A stretch of DNA of 64,000 nt from Histomonas meleagridis 2922-C6/04-290x. Taxonomy: Eukaryota; Protista; Parabasalia. Position 1 is the first letter of the stretch. Each line of letters opens with the position of its first letter. A program made the position numbers and the translations under genes. Of this stretch, positions 32,418-44,300 are shown one piece after another. The notes under the pieces were generated by a model that worked only from the letters and a program-made list of their open reading frames with translations, made no database searches and was not told where the DNA came from. Where the stretch lies: assembly GCA_020184695.1 (NCBI GenBank), contig JAANOX010000113.1, forward strand, positions 1-64,000, given 5' to 3'.

Positions 32418-35400
32418 ATGAATATAAAAAACCTACCAATTCCCAAGACATTCACGAAAATGGTCGAAGCTTATGAACTATATTACGAAAAATTTTATCT
32501 TGAAGTTGTTCGAATGAGTAATGTTAGTTTGAACGAGTATATACATTCATACATATCTTTACTTACAGAACTTTCAAAATATGATTTAAATTCAGATGAC
32601 GCAATCAGATCAGCTATGGGTATTGTTGCGCTAAATTCAATTGGTTATGATAATTTTTCTGAATTAACACAAATATTTGATCGCTTACTTCCACAAACAA
32701 GTATGGAGCGTATCAAATTCACAAGTTGGTGTGTAGGCGAATTAATTCATCATCCTAATTCAGAACAATCACGTTATGTTTCTCATTTATTCGAACGACT
32801 TGTGAAATGGACACGCTCTTATGGCCGACGTGCTCGCCTCCATGCTGCATCTCGAATGTTAAGTGTATTATCAGCTAATGCAGGAAGTGAAGTTGTCACA
32901 TTTTATTCTTCATTTCAATCAATTCTTTGGAATATTATATCACATTCATCAATAGCTATAATCAAAGCTACTGTTGATGCTATTTCCATGTTTACACGTG
33001 CCATGATTCGATATCGTCGAAGTGATCTATCAGAATATCTTTCATTTACAACCAACTTATCATCAAAACTTCTTACATATGATGATCCTATTAATGAATA
33101 TGCAGGAATAATGATACTTAACACATTAATACAAAGCAAACCTGATTTTTTCACATCAAGATTTGACATACTCTGTTCGGAATTTATACCTAAACTTTCA
33201 CCAGATCGAAAATTAATTGTAAGAAGTATATCATATGTTGCGATAACATCATTAGCCTTAGTTGATTCTAAACAATTTACAGATTCTATTGCACAAATCT
33301 TATTTAAGCCAATTGAAGGTGAATCTTCATATACAAACGCACTTATAACAGAATTTCCAAAAGAAATATCAAAGTCAATAATTTTATTAATTAAGACAAT
33401 TCCTAATTTTTTTAAAGACAAACTTGAAATGATTGTTAATTATATTGTCATATTATATAATATTGAACCTGATTGTGCTTTTGATATGCTTTTTAACTTT
33501 ATTAAAACTTATGATGAAATTGTTTTCCCATTAATTTCAGATTTAGTTATAAATTTACTTAAATGCGATATGACTAAAGGATATTGTAGATTTATATTAG
33601 AAATAACAAAATTTGAGAAACATATTACAGATGAATTTAGGGAACAATTAACAAATTATTTATTAAAACAATTTGAAAATCAAAAAATTACAATTCATGT
33701 CTTAAAAATGATATCGAAATTACCACGTTATTCTATAAATCGACATAATGAATTATTTGAAGAATTAAAAGATTTAAGTTTATCAAAAGATGAACAAATA
33801 CGAATACATCTTCCGTATAGTATATTTAACATTGTACAATATTTAGATGATTCTGTGCCAAAAGAAGAAATTCGAAGTTTATTTTTTAGAATTGCTGTAT
33901 TTGATAATTGTATAGCAGTACGTAAATCCGTTTTAATTATATTAAGAGATCATAATCCTTCTTTTTTAGGTATACCTGAATATATGAAATATTTACAAAT
34001 CGTTGCAAATGATGATGCAATGTCAATACGTAAATTATCATTTCAAATCTTAGAAAATGTTTATGATATTAATCCAATATTTGTATCTTCTATTAATCGA
34101 ACTGCTTTACTTGATTCATTCTTTATATTAAGATATGTTTCTAGTATTCGACAAAGAGGTCGAATAGTACGAGTTTTACCAAAAGTAATTAAATCCTCTT
34201 CAAATATGATTACTGCTTATTCTAATGAAATAATTAAAATTTTCTTGAATGTATTAAAAGAATATAAAACATCGAATATGAAATTTTCGAATTTCTTAGA
34301 GATAAAAGCTTATTATAAATTTTTTAAAGGAATGATAAAAACGATGTCTTTATTAGCACCATTAGATCCAGAACAAGTATCAAAACATACTGATGAAATA
34401 ATTCCATGTTTATGTTCATTATTAAACAATGAACAAGAACGAAAAGTTGTTTTATCAGTACTTAAATTACTTCATGTATTATTAAGTGCACCAGCTTCAA
34501 CAATCTTATATAGAGCTAAAGGACCTTTAATTTTAGCCTCATGTTCTAGATTTTTAGAAATTACACATTCTAGAAAAGTAAGAATGGCTTTATTACGAGT
34601 AATTGGTTCTTTAGGTGTTATTGATATACATCAAAAAAGTACAATTAAATATTGTAGAACACCTGAAAATATTGATCAAGATCTTGCACGTAAATTTTTT
34701 CATCCATCAAGAGAAATCGATGGAGTTATTGATGAAACTTTATTATTTAAGAATGATACAACTGAACATTATTTTATAGATGTAGCTGCATCTTCTTTAC
34801 TTGATATTTTTTATGATAATAAATTAAAAGAATTTTATATAATGACCGTACAAGCTTTAGTAATAATATTATCAAATCCTAAAATGCATATGCTTTCACA
34901 TTTCGATTCTTTTATAGTTCGTTTATTATCTGTAATGGAAAATTCAACAAATTTGGAATTAAAAACTTATTTACCATTATATTCTCAATTAATTATGAAT
35001 TCCACACATAATACATTACCATTTGTTTCGAGAAGTTTGAAACTTGTAAAAGATAAATTTTGTGTTGAATTAGCAATTGAAATTCTTGATTTAATTTTAG
35101 CATTTTTAAAGACAATTAAAGATGGATTTACTAAATATGCATCTGAAACAATTTGTTTATTAATTGGTTGTTTAGATGATTCTAAAACTTCGAATGTAAT
35201 GATATCTCATCATGTATTAAAAGCATTTTCTATGCTTGGATTATATGTACAAGATTTATTATATTTAATAGTACCACAAATTTGTGATGCTATCGAATGT
35301 GAACATTCATTAAAAGAAGTGAAAGTTTATGCATTTTATTCATTAAGAGATCTTTCACATGCTGTAAACTTAACACATTATTTTGGCCCTATAATGAGAG

Positions 35401-38400
35401 CTTTAACTTCTGGTTTATATAGTGATGATAATAAAACTTTTGAAGCTGCTTTAGACTTCCTTTATTCTTTATTAGAAACTCATCGAAAAGATATATTAAA
35501 TGATATCGAAATGATTTTAATTCAACCAGAAGCAAAACATTTTATTACACCAGAATTAAAATTAATTATTAAAAATATAAAAGAGAACAAACCATTTAAA
35601 TTAAATCACCAACAAAATGATCCAAAAATAAATATTAAAAAAGAAATTACACAACCAAAATTCACTTTCTCACAAGATTCAATTGTATTAAGAGCTATTA
35701 CACCTAATTTAAGTTTAAGTTGTAACTTAGAAAAATGGTTACATTCATTTGTTTTAGCTATAATTTCTAATTCTCCTTCGGATTCTATTCGAGCTTGTTC
35801 AGTATTAGCTTCTAATTATTATCCATTATCAATGAAGTTATTTAAACCAGCATTTTTAAGTTGTTGGTTAAAATTATCAGAACAAAATAAAGAACAAATT
35901 GCATTATCATTTAAAGATTTATTAAACTCAAAAGAAAATGATAAAACTATAGCACATGAAATCATAAATTTATTAGCTTTTATGAATCAAATCGAAAAAC
36001 CTATTGGTATACCATTAAATGAATTAGTTAATGAAGCTTTAGATAATGGATCTATAGCATTTGCATTAAAGATTCAAACAGAAATTATTAATCAATCAGA
36101 GAAATCGAATTCTATTAAAGATAATGAAATATTAAAATTAATTGATATATATTTACGACTTGGAGATCATAGTGATGCTGTTGGAGTCTGGAAACATTTC
36201 AAAATGAAATCGACAACATTAAATAATCCAGATATATTAGCTAAGTTACGTATGTGGGATAAAGTTGAACCAATTTTTGAAGAACGATATAAAAAGGACA
36301 AAAGTTTTAAGACGTTTTTAAGTTTAATAAAATCAATGTCAGCATTAGCAGAATGGAATCAAATTATACCATTAATGAAAGACTTTAATAATTTACCATT
36401 ATTTCAAAAGCAATCAATTGCATCATATTTTGCAGAATCATTATTTTATACTGGAGATTGGGAACAATTAAAAAACATATTAAAATATTGTTCTGATGAT
36501 TCTTCACGTTGTAATGTATTAAATGCATTATGTGCATTACATGATAAAGATTATGATAAAGTTGATGAATGTATTACAAAAGGATTTTCTTTATTAGCTT
36601 CTAAACCTATAACATTTCGTTCTTCTGATAATCAAAGAATTCAAACAGATATAATTCTTGCATGTCAAGAATTAATAGAAATTAGTGAAATGAAAGATTG
36701 GTTAAAAGGTTATAATCGAAAAGAAATCGAAGAAGTATGGGATAATAGACTTTTAACATCTCCACGTGTATTTGATTTATGGTTTGAAATAATATCAAAT
36801 CGAATTGTTATCACAGGAATTCGAAATGAAAAATTAGTGAAGTTTTTCACACTTAAAAGTCCTGCGTTAGGTACACAAATACATAAAAATGCACTTCGAA
36901 TGATATTTCCAATGATGGAAAAAGAATCATTGAAAGAACCAGAATTATTTAATGTTTGTTTAGCTGTCGAACATTGGATTACTGGTGAAAAAGATAAAGC
37001 TCTAAATGAAATGAAGAAACTTACTGAAATCATAAGTGGTAACTTACGAATTAGTTGTCAATTTTTATATTCGAAATGGATTTTATCCACAAATGAATCT
37101 ATTGAAGAATTAAAAATTGCTTATGATCATTTGAAAGGTATTATTTCGGAGCATAATTATGATCAAAAGTTATATAATATATTAATGAAGAATCAAAAAG
37201 GTAATTACTTCTTACCAAATGATATCTATAGTGAATTAACAGGTAGTTCATTAAATGTTGATATATTACGGAAATGGTGTAATGTAAACGTAGCATTAAT
37301 ATCTTTAGATAAAGAAGAAAATATTGTAACACATGTAAAGAATGCTATCGATGCATTAACTAAATGTGTTTTAACTACACAAAGTTTTCCTGATTTAGTA
37401 CAATTATTAAATTTGTTCTTTAAATATGCCGATCACAAAGAAATGTTTAATTCTACAGCACATTCATCAATCGAAAAATTACCTGCGAAACAATTGTTAC
37501 AAGTATCGCATCAATTACTTGTACAATTAAGTCATTCCACACCAGAAGTTGCAGAATATGTACATAAAATTATATATAATTTATTAAGGGAACATTATCA
37601 TGAATTAATATTTATGTTGTTCGTATTAAAGAAATCCATCTGTAAAGAAAGAGCTGATTCTGCTAAAATGATTCTCGAAGAATTTCGTCTTGAAAAACCC
37701 GAAATTTATAACGAAGTAGTTTTAATACGTAAAAGTTTATTACGTGCAACTGTGACTTGGCCTGAAAGAGTTTCTCAATATATTTTAGATGCTTCCGAAT
37801 TTTATCACAAACAATCATATGAAAAAATGAAGAACTCACTCGTCTCCATTATAAATCTTGTGAAAACTCCGAAGTGTCAAATGCATTATCGATTTTTGGA
37901 TACTTTCGGTAATTACATTAAAACGTTAGAAGGAATGTTGCCTTATTTTAACGCAAGAAATAAATTCCAAAACTCAATAAATAGAGTTATAGCTTGGTGT
38001 AAAAGTGTACAAGCTGCTTTAGATGAAGAACTGAAACAAATTCATACAATTGAGCTTTCCGCAATTTCGAAAGAATTGAGTGAAAAAACTGATTTTCATT
38101 TGGCGGTTCCCGGAACTTATAAACCGGGGCACCCTACAATAACGATACAATATTTTGTGGGACAATTGTCGGTTTATATGTCAAAACAGTTACCGAAAGA
38201 TGTAATAGTGAAAGGTTCTGATGGTAATTATTATCAATACTTATTGAAAGGTCATGAAGATATGCGTTTAGATGAACGGATAATGCAGTTCTTTAGGTTA
38301 ATTAATTCACTTTTAATGAAAGAAACATTTTTCAATCAAAGATTTATCCAAATTATTAGTGTAATACCATTGTCTATAGGACATGGCTTAGTTCAATGGG

Positions 38401-39224
38401 TACCAGGAACTGAAACATTACGAAAAGTTGTCGAAAAAATTCGAACCGTTCATGATGTGGATCAAATGAAAGAATTTGATTTACTTATGCAATATTCTAA
38501 TGAAATCTTTGACAATCTTTTACCCATCCAAAAGCTTCAAGTTTTTGAGCGCATATGTAATGAAGTTCCAGATACAGATATTGCCGATTTCTTTTGGCTT
38601 AAATCGGAAACATCTGAGTCATGGGTTAAAAAGACATTAACATTTTCTATCTCATGTGCAGTTAATTCTGTCGTCGGTTATATCATAGGATTAGGAGATC
38701 GACATCCATCCAACTTATTGATCGATTCTAACACTGGCAGAGTTGTCCACATCGATTTTGGTGATTGTTTTGAGAAGGCAGCAAATCGCGATTTCTTACC
38801 GGAAGTTGTACCATTCCGTTTAACGAGGCAAATGGTAAGAGCTATGGGCCCTGCCGGTGTTGATGGTGTATTTAATAACGCATTTGTGAGTATGTCGAAT
38901 ATTTTGAGAGAAAATTGTGATGTGCTTGTGACTGTTTTAGCTATTTTTGTGCAAGAGCCTCTTGTAAATCCGGATAGACCACAAAAAACGAAGAGGTTAT
39001 ATTCGAGTGAGAAATTAGGCAGCGTTGCAGTGAAAGCTGAGAGACAAAGGAAAACGAATTCGAGTGTGCAAATGAGAAAAAGAGTGCATCAAAAGTTAAC
39101 GGGAATGGATTTCGGTAATGATGTGCCAATGTCTGTTGAGGAGCAAACGAATAGATTAATAGAAAACGCTACAAGTCCAATGAACTTGTGCAGAATGTAC
39201 TCGGGATGGTGCCCGTTCTGGTGA
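32418..39224 (+). CDS. TOR: TOR-like PIKK kinase (paralogue A)
   Basis: HEAT/FAT region, LAVPGTY, KGHEDMRLDERIMQF, GLGDRHPSN, HIDFGDCFE, PEVVPFRLTR, FATC LCRMYSGWCPFW. Confidence 0.95.
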   Translation: MNIKNLPIPKTFTKMVEAYELYYEKFYLEVVRMSNVSLNEYIHSYISLLTELSKYDLNSDDAIRSAMGIVALNSIGYDNFSELTQIFDRLLPQTSMERIKFTSWCVGELIHHPNSEQSRYVSHLFERLVKWTRSYGRRARLHAASRMLSVLSANAGSEVVTFYSSFQSILWNIISHSSIAIIKATVDAISMFTRAMIRYRRSDLSEYLSFTTNLSSKLLTYDDPINEYAGIMILNTLIQSKPDFFTSRFDILCSEFIPKLSPDRKLIVRSISYVAITSLALVDSKQFTDSIAQILFKPIEGESSYTNALITEFPKEISKSIILLIKTIPNFFKDKLEMIVNYIVILYNIEPDCAFDMLFNFIKTYDEIVFPLISDLVINLLKCDMTKGYCRFILEITKFEKHITDEFREQLTNYLLKQFENQKITIHVLKMISKLPRYSINRHNELFEELKDLSLSKDEQIRIHLPYSIFNIVQYLDDSVPKEEIRSLFFRIAVFDNCIAVRKSVLIILRDHNPSFLGIPEYMKYLQIVANDDAMSIRKLSFQILENVYDINPIFVSSINRTALLDSFFILRYVSSIRQRGRIVRVLPKVIKSSSNMITAYSNEIIKIFLNVLKEYKTSNMKFSNFLEIKAYYKFFKGMIKTMSLLAPLDPEQVSKHTDEIIPCLCSLLNNEQERKVVLSVLKLLHVLLSAPASTILYRAKGPLILASCSRFLEITHSRKVRMALLRVIGSLGVIDIHQKSTIKYCRTPENIDQDLARKFFHPSREIDGVIDETLLFKNDTTEHYFIDVAASSLLDIFYDNKLKEFYIMTVQALVIILSNPKMHMLSHFDSFIVRLLSVMENSTNLELKTYLPLYSQLIMNSTHNTLPFVSRSLKLVKDKFCVELAIEILDLILAFLKTIKDGFTKYASETICLLIGCLDDSKTSNVMISHHVLKAFSMLGLYVQDLLYLIVPQICDAIECEHSLKEVKVYAFYSLRDLSHAVNLTHYFGPIMRALTSGLYSDDNKTFEAALDFLYSLLETHRKDILNDIEMILIQPEAKHFITPELKLIIKNIKENKPFKLNHQQNDPKINIKKEITQPKFTFSQDSIVLRAITPNLSLSCNLEKWLHSFVLAIISNSPSDSIRACSVLASNYYPLSMKLFKPAFLSCWLKLSEQNKEQIALSFKDLLNSKENDKTIAHEIINLLAFMNQIEKPIGIPLNELVNEALDNGSIAFALKIQTEIINQSEKSNSIKDNEILKLIDIYLRLGDHSDAVGVWKHFKMKSTTLNNPDILAKLRMWDKVEPIFEERYKKDKSFKTFLSLIKSMSALAEWNQIIPLMKDFNNLPLFQKQSIASYFAESLFYTGDWEQLKNILKYCSDDSSRCNVLNALCALHDKDYDKVDECITKGFSLLASKPITFRSSDNQRIQTDIILACQELIEISEMKDWLKGYNRKEIEEVWDNRLLTSPRVFDLWFEIISNRIVITGIRNEKLVKFFTLKSPALGTQIHKNALRMIFPMMEKESLKEPELFNVCLAVEHWITGEKDKALNEMKKLTEIISGNLRISCQFLYSKWILSTNESIEELKIAYDHLKGIISEHNYDQKLYNILMKNQKGNYFLPNDIYSELTGSSLNVDILRKWCNVNVALISLDKEENIVTHVKNAIDALTKCVLTTQSFPDLVQLLNLFFKYADHKEMFNSTAHSSIEKLPAKQLLQVSHQLLVQLSHSTPEVAEYVHKIIYNLLREHYHELIFMLFVLKKSICKERADSAKMILEEFRLEKPEIYNEVVLIRKSLLRATVTWPERVSQYILDASEFYHKQSYEKMKNSLVSIINLVKTPKCQMHYRFLDTFGNYIKTLEGMLPYFNARNKFQNSINRVIAWCKSVQAALDEELKQIHTIELSAISKELSEKTDFHLAVPGTYKPGHPTITIQYFVGQLSVYMSKQLPKDVIVKGSDGNYYQYLLKGHEDMRLDERIMQFFRLINSLLMKETFFNQRFIQIISVIPLSIGHGLVQWVPGTETLRKVVEKIRTVHDVDQMKEFDLLMQYSNEIFDNLLPIQKLQVFERICNEVPDTDIADFFWLKSETSESWVKKTLTFSISCAVNSVVGYIIGLGDRHPSNLLIDSNTGRVVHIDFGDCFEKAANRDFLPEVVPFRLTRQMVRAMGPAGVDGVFNNAFVSMSNILRENCDVLVTVLAIFVQEPLVNPDRPQKTKRLYSSEKLGSVAVKAERQRKTNSSVQMRKRVHQKLTGMDFGNDVPMSVEEQTNRLIENATSPMNLCRMYSGWCPFW

Positions 39225-39966
39225 TTAAATATGTGATAAACAAAGATAACAAAAATTTAGTTTAATCTATATAATAAATACATTGTATGGTTTATTTTAT
39301 TTCAAAAAAAAGGTGGCTTTTTGAATACTTATGATCGGTAAGTGAGCTTAAACAAACACAAATATCTTGGACAAAAATCGGATTTCAAAAATAAAACATT
39401 GTTTTTTACTATAATTAAAGCGAATTTGAGAAGATAATTAGAATTTCTTGAAATTACTTGATACTCATCTTGGAAAACATCATCTCCAACACAATGGCTA
39501 ACCAAATCCCCTTGCTTAGTATTGGTATAAATAAAATGTAAATTATCGATATATTTAATATCTTTTATTTCAAGAAATAGATCTCAAAATTATTATCATA
39601 TTAATTTTGGTTTTATTTTTTCAGTGTTTTAGTGATGTGATGTAATCTCATAAAGGCAGTTATTAATAACATAATATTCATATTCATTTCAAATGGGCGA
39701 TTGACTCTTTCAACATGCCGATAAGCATTCAATCTGTTTCATTTTTCTTGCTGTCAACCACCTGTCACTTTTATTGGTGTTTCTGATAAAAATTTCCTAC
39801 AAATTCTGAAAGGAGAAAAAAAAGATAAACGAACTTAATCTTATTGAATAAGCTCAGAATTTTGTGCGCATTAAAATTTTTGGGTATCTGAAATTGAAAT
39901 ATTTTTGAAATTTCAATTTGAATTCTGTAAACCAATGTAAAAGAGCTTCTAAAATAACTCACTCAA

Positions 39967-40581
39967 TTGGAAGAAGATATCAAAATTGTTCTTTTAGGAG
40001 ATCATCCTGTTGGAAAAACGACCATTGAAAGGTTGGGATTTGAACACATGGAAGATCCTGAAGGAATCCAGCCGACAATAGGAACAAGTTTTAAAGCTCA
40101 AATCTTTGATTTCGGCCAAAAATCTTATCATGTAAAAGTTTACGACACATCAGGGGAAGAAAGATTTTCAAGTTTGTTGTCAATGTATGTTCATGGATCT
40201 GATATTGTTGTTTTTGTTTATGATCGTAATAACAAGGCAACTTTTATTAATCTACCGAATCGCATTGAATTTGTTCGAAATATTATGGAGGGTACTCAGT
40301 ATACTAAAGTTTTGATATCAAATGAAATTCGAAATTCTTCGAGACAAGTATTGGAAGATGAAGGAATGAAAAAGGCAAAAGAAATAGGGGCGATGTTTGT
40401 AGAGGTAAGTTGCGTTACAAGAAGTGGAATAGATGATCTTTTCGAAAATATTGTTAAATTCCATTTGACACAATCCCATTCATCCAGTCCTCCAAATAGC
40501 TTGATATCTAAATCTTCTAATGAAAATAATAGTACTTCTAACAATGATACTGAAAGAAAGGAAGTTTGCTTCATACAATAA
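39967..40581 (+). CDS. Divergent Rab/Ras-like GTPase lacking an ATG start; possible pseudogene
   Basis: GDHPVGKT, PTIG, DTSGEERF, NKxD replaced by NEIR, C-terminal CFIQ. Starts at TTG, with an in-frame TAA at 39955-39957. Confidence 0.6.
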   Translation: MEEDIKIVLLGDHPVGKTTIERLGFEHMEDPEGIQPTIGTSFKAQIFDFGQKSYHVKVYDTSGEERFSSLLSMYVHGSDIVVFVYDRNNKATFINLPNRIEFVRNIMEGTQYTKVLISNEIRNSSRQVLEDEGMKKAKEIGAMFVEVSCVTRSGIDDLFENIVKFHLTQSHSSSPPNSLISKSSNENNSTSNNDTERKEVCFIQ

Positions 40582-40806
40582 ATAAAAATTATATTTTTTC
40601 CTTCATCATAAAATAAAATCTATTATAATTCATTTCATTTGGAAAAAACAGTATCAACAGTCATCTTTTAAAATTTGAAAATATTTCCAATTGATTTTGA
40701 TGATAAATTTATTTTGATATTGATAACATGAAATTTATTCTACCAGAAACGAGTGCTTGAAAACGATCGAATTACTTTATTATGTAAGTTATGAATGAAG
40801 AATTTT

Positions 40807-41100
40807 ACCTGTTTTATTTACGTTTGAGTTATTCATATTCAAATATTTAAAACATTTAACTGATCCAAAAAATGCAGCATAATCAATTAATGTAACACAA
40901 TATTTGAGATTAATATATGAACATTTTTCATAAATTGATGGTTCAAATGTTTGATTAAAATTAAAATCACTTTGTGTTGATATTTCTTGAAGTTTTTCTA
41001 TTTCATCATTTCGAATTATTTTCGCAATTTCATTCGGATTATATCCTTCTTTAATATGTTTCTTATGGAGCTCCCAATTATTCTTTGAAAGTTCTTCATA
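40807..41100 (-). pseudogene. DUF3447-ankyrin gene fragment
   Basis: YEELSKNNWELHKKHIKEGYNPNEIAKIIRNDEIEKLQE...LIDYAAFFGSVKCFKYL; no start codon and no downstream repeats. Confidence 0.8.
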
Positions 41101-41349
41101 ATGATCTAAAGTATTTTTCTAGAAAAAATTAGCACGAAGACAAAAATCGAAAAAATACTCCAAGCATTCGACAAATTTTATGGTATTTGTGGGTGGTACT
41201 TGTGTTTCATAATGTTGATAATTAAAGTAAAATTAACAAATGAATTTTTCACTAATTAATTAAAACAGTGGGTTGTTTCTAGAAACAAGAGAAAATGAAA
41301 TCATATTCAGCACAAAACTTTTTTGAAAAATTATCTAAACGATATTTTA

Positions 41350-44300
41350 CTAATTTCTTTTGAATTGCTGAAGTGTCATAGCAAGTTTTGATAGTACATC
41401 TTGCGATATACTTACGTCTGGTTTTTTAATAATCATATTACATTTATAGCTTTGTATTGTTGTAGTTTTTCCATCACATTGTAAGAAACTTTCCACAGCA
41501 TCTATTTCGCCATAAGCCACTGGTAATATAGTCTTTAACAGGTTTCTTAGTTGGGTTGATTTTTGTCTTCTTTCTTCACTTTTTAAGCCTCCATTCAAAA
41601 TTGACAGCAAAATTTTACCTGTCTCAATTAACTTTTCAATTATTTTGACTGCGTTTTTGTGGAACTTTGTTTGAATCAAAATGTCAATTGTAAACACTCT
41701 AAAGCAATCACTTAATTTCTGTTTATCATTATCATTCATTTTATCATCGTTATTTTTAATAGATTGATCTATTTGATTTTCGGTATTTCTAATCCAATTA
41801 CATCTTTGTTTTTCTGATAACGATTCCAACGCTAATAAAGACAAAATAATTTTTGTATCTTCAGAAGAAGATAATAATAATTTAATTACATAATGAACAA
41901 CATCAGTTTTAATGTTTAAAAATGAGAACAAATTTTGGTTTTGTGCAATTATTTTAATTGCTTCATTTAAAGGTTCTGCAAATTTTTTATATGCATCTAA
42001 AACATCATTATTATTATTCACGTTATTATCCAAAAATGCTTCGATAAACAAATTATAAAATGTTGAAGCTCTAAAACTTAATGAATTACTTAATGATTCA
42101 TATATAGTATTATTCATTGCTAACAAAAGAAAAGAAGCATCTTTAGATATATGATATAAATTAATTATTTCGTTTAAATCTTTAGGGAATTCAGGTACAA
42201 CTTTAAATCGTGGCGAAAATGTTTTAATTAATGAAGAAATCGGTGATATTTGGAATCGTGTTAAGTTATATAATTGATCAACGCAATTAATAATTGATGA
42301 TATTTCTATTCTTGAAACATGTGGTAAAGTCAAAAGTTTTTGTCTTAATGAATTATCATTTTGTATTTTCTTAGTAATTTGTTTTAATTCTGTCGATAAA
42401 CTATACGCTAAGATAATATCGAAAGTTATTAACTTTGGAAGTTTATCTATAATTGGCTTTAATACATTTACTTCGATATTTGCATCAATGAAAGATTTAG
42501 CAATACATATTGAACAACATAATAATGATAAAAGTATCGATTCATTTAATCTTAATAAAGGAATTGATTCGAAATATTTTGCTGAAAACACTTCAAACAA
42601 AATTGTGCTTAAAGGTAAATTCACATCCTTCATTAAGAATTGATAAGAAAGTAATAAACTTGATAACATTGGATCGATTGAAGAAGCTTGTGTTAAGAAA
42701 TCAACATCTTTCCATTCTTGTAAAGCGAATTGTAATACTATTGAACGGATATAATTAATTGTAGCAAATCCATCTAATGGTGATAATTCTTCATTAAATA
42801 ATAACACTAAGCTTATCGATACATATGAAATACAATCAATTAATGAATTATATGAATTATCAATATAATTATCAATGACTTTCTGTATGAGTTTTGACTT
42901 ATGTAATGAGTTCTTAATAAATGTTCGGACTTCATATGTCGGATTAATACTTTCTTGTGTAATAATTCGTTGGATTAAATTACATCCGTTTTGTATCATA
43001 TCTGAATCTAATACATATTCATGTTTTTCAGGTGTTATAAATGAATTTATGTTTGAATTTGTTGTATCAATAAAATCGGAATTAATTTCTTCATTAAGTG
43101 CAAACATTGATGATAAATCAACTTCTGTAACTATTTGTTGTTTTGGAGCTTCGATTTTATTTAAAATTATTTTCTCCGATTCAATCGGTGCTGTTGTTGA
43201 TATCATTATTGATGATAAATCTGATGTTTCATTTAATATTGGCGATCGACTCATAAGTAGATTTGAAATTGATGTACATTTCGATAATTTGGAATGTACA
43301 TGATGTGAATGTGTTACAACTTTTCCTTTTTTCTCTTTCTCAAGTCGATGTTTTTTAATAGCATTAGCTAACGATGTAAAATGTTCTAATATTTGGACAT
43401 TAAACTTAGAATTAATATCTAATTCAATAACTTGAATTTTCTTTTCTTTCGGTTTGCTGTTTAATGTGAATCGTAATATTTCATTTGAAATTTGTTTATA
43501 TTTCATAACACATTCGAGATTGATTTCAAATTCGACGTCGTACGTATTCGGCTTGGTTAAATATATCTTCTTTTCAGTAAATATTAAGGAATGTTCTGAT
43601 GTTGTTTCATTTCCTGGTATTTTACAATTAACTGGAAATTGTAATGAGCCGAAAAATGGATTCTTCATACATGTGCTAATAAATAACTTTTTAAGCTCTG
43701 TTTGAGTTTTGTTTTTGTAGTTTTTAAGTGAAGAAAGAATTTTCTTCTTTAATTTCTTGGATTTGTCATTGATGACATATTTGGGAAAAAATGCTTCTCC
43801 TTTCCCTTTGCTTTTCTTAATGACCGATTTAACAGCTTCTTTGGTCTTATATTCAACCATTAAAGCTATGGCAATCAGATCACAGACGTCAAAATATTTG
43901 TATAAGAAATGCTTGTCATAAACAATTTTTTTGGCTTGGATGTAATTAAAATGAATGTCGGATTCTCTTGTAAGGTTATTGACAGATTCAAGCCAAAATC
44001 GTCGTATGATATATAAATTTTCCATACAGGGATCTACTTCAATAATGGACTTATTTTGTGGAATAGGATCTATAAGAAGCTTCTTGGGTGGGTACATACT
44101 GTAACAAAGAGAATCTTCGAGATGATAAGATTCATTACAAACTTTTTCAATGATTTTTGATGTGGGTAGATTGCTGGGAAATTCAACACTTATAAAGCTT
44201 TCGTCTGGAGAATAGATTTTGACACAGAGCGTGGGTGGATATAAAATAATCTCAAAAGATTTAAAATGTGATATATATTTGGATATTTTCATTCCGCTTT

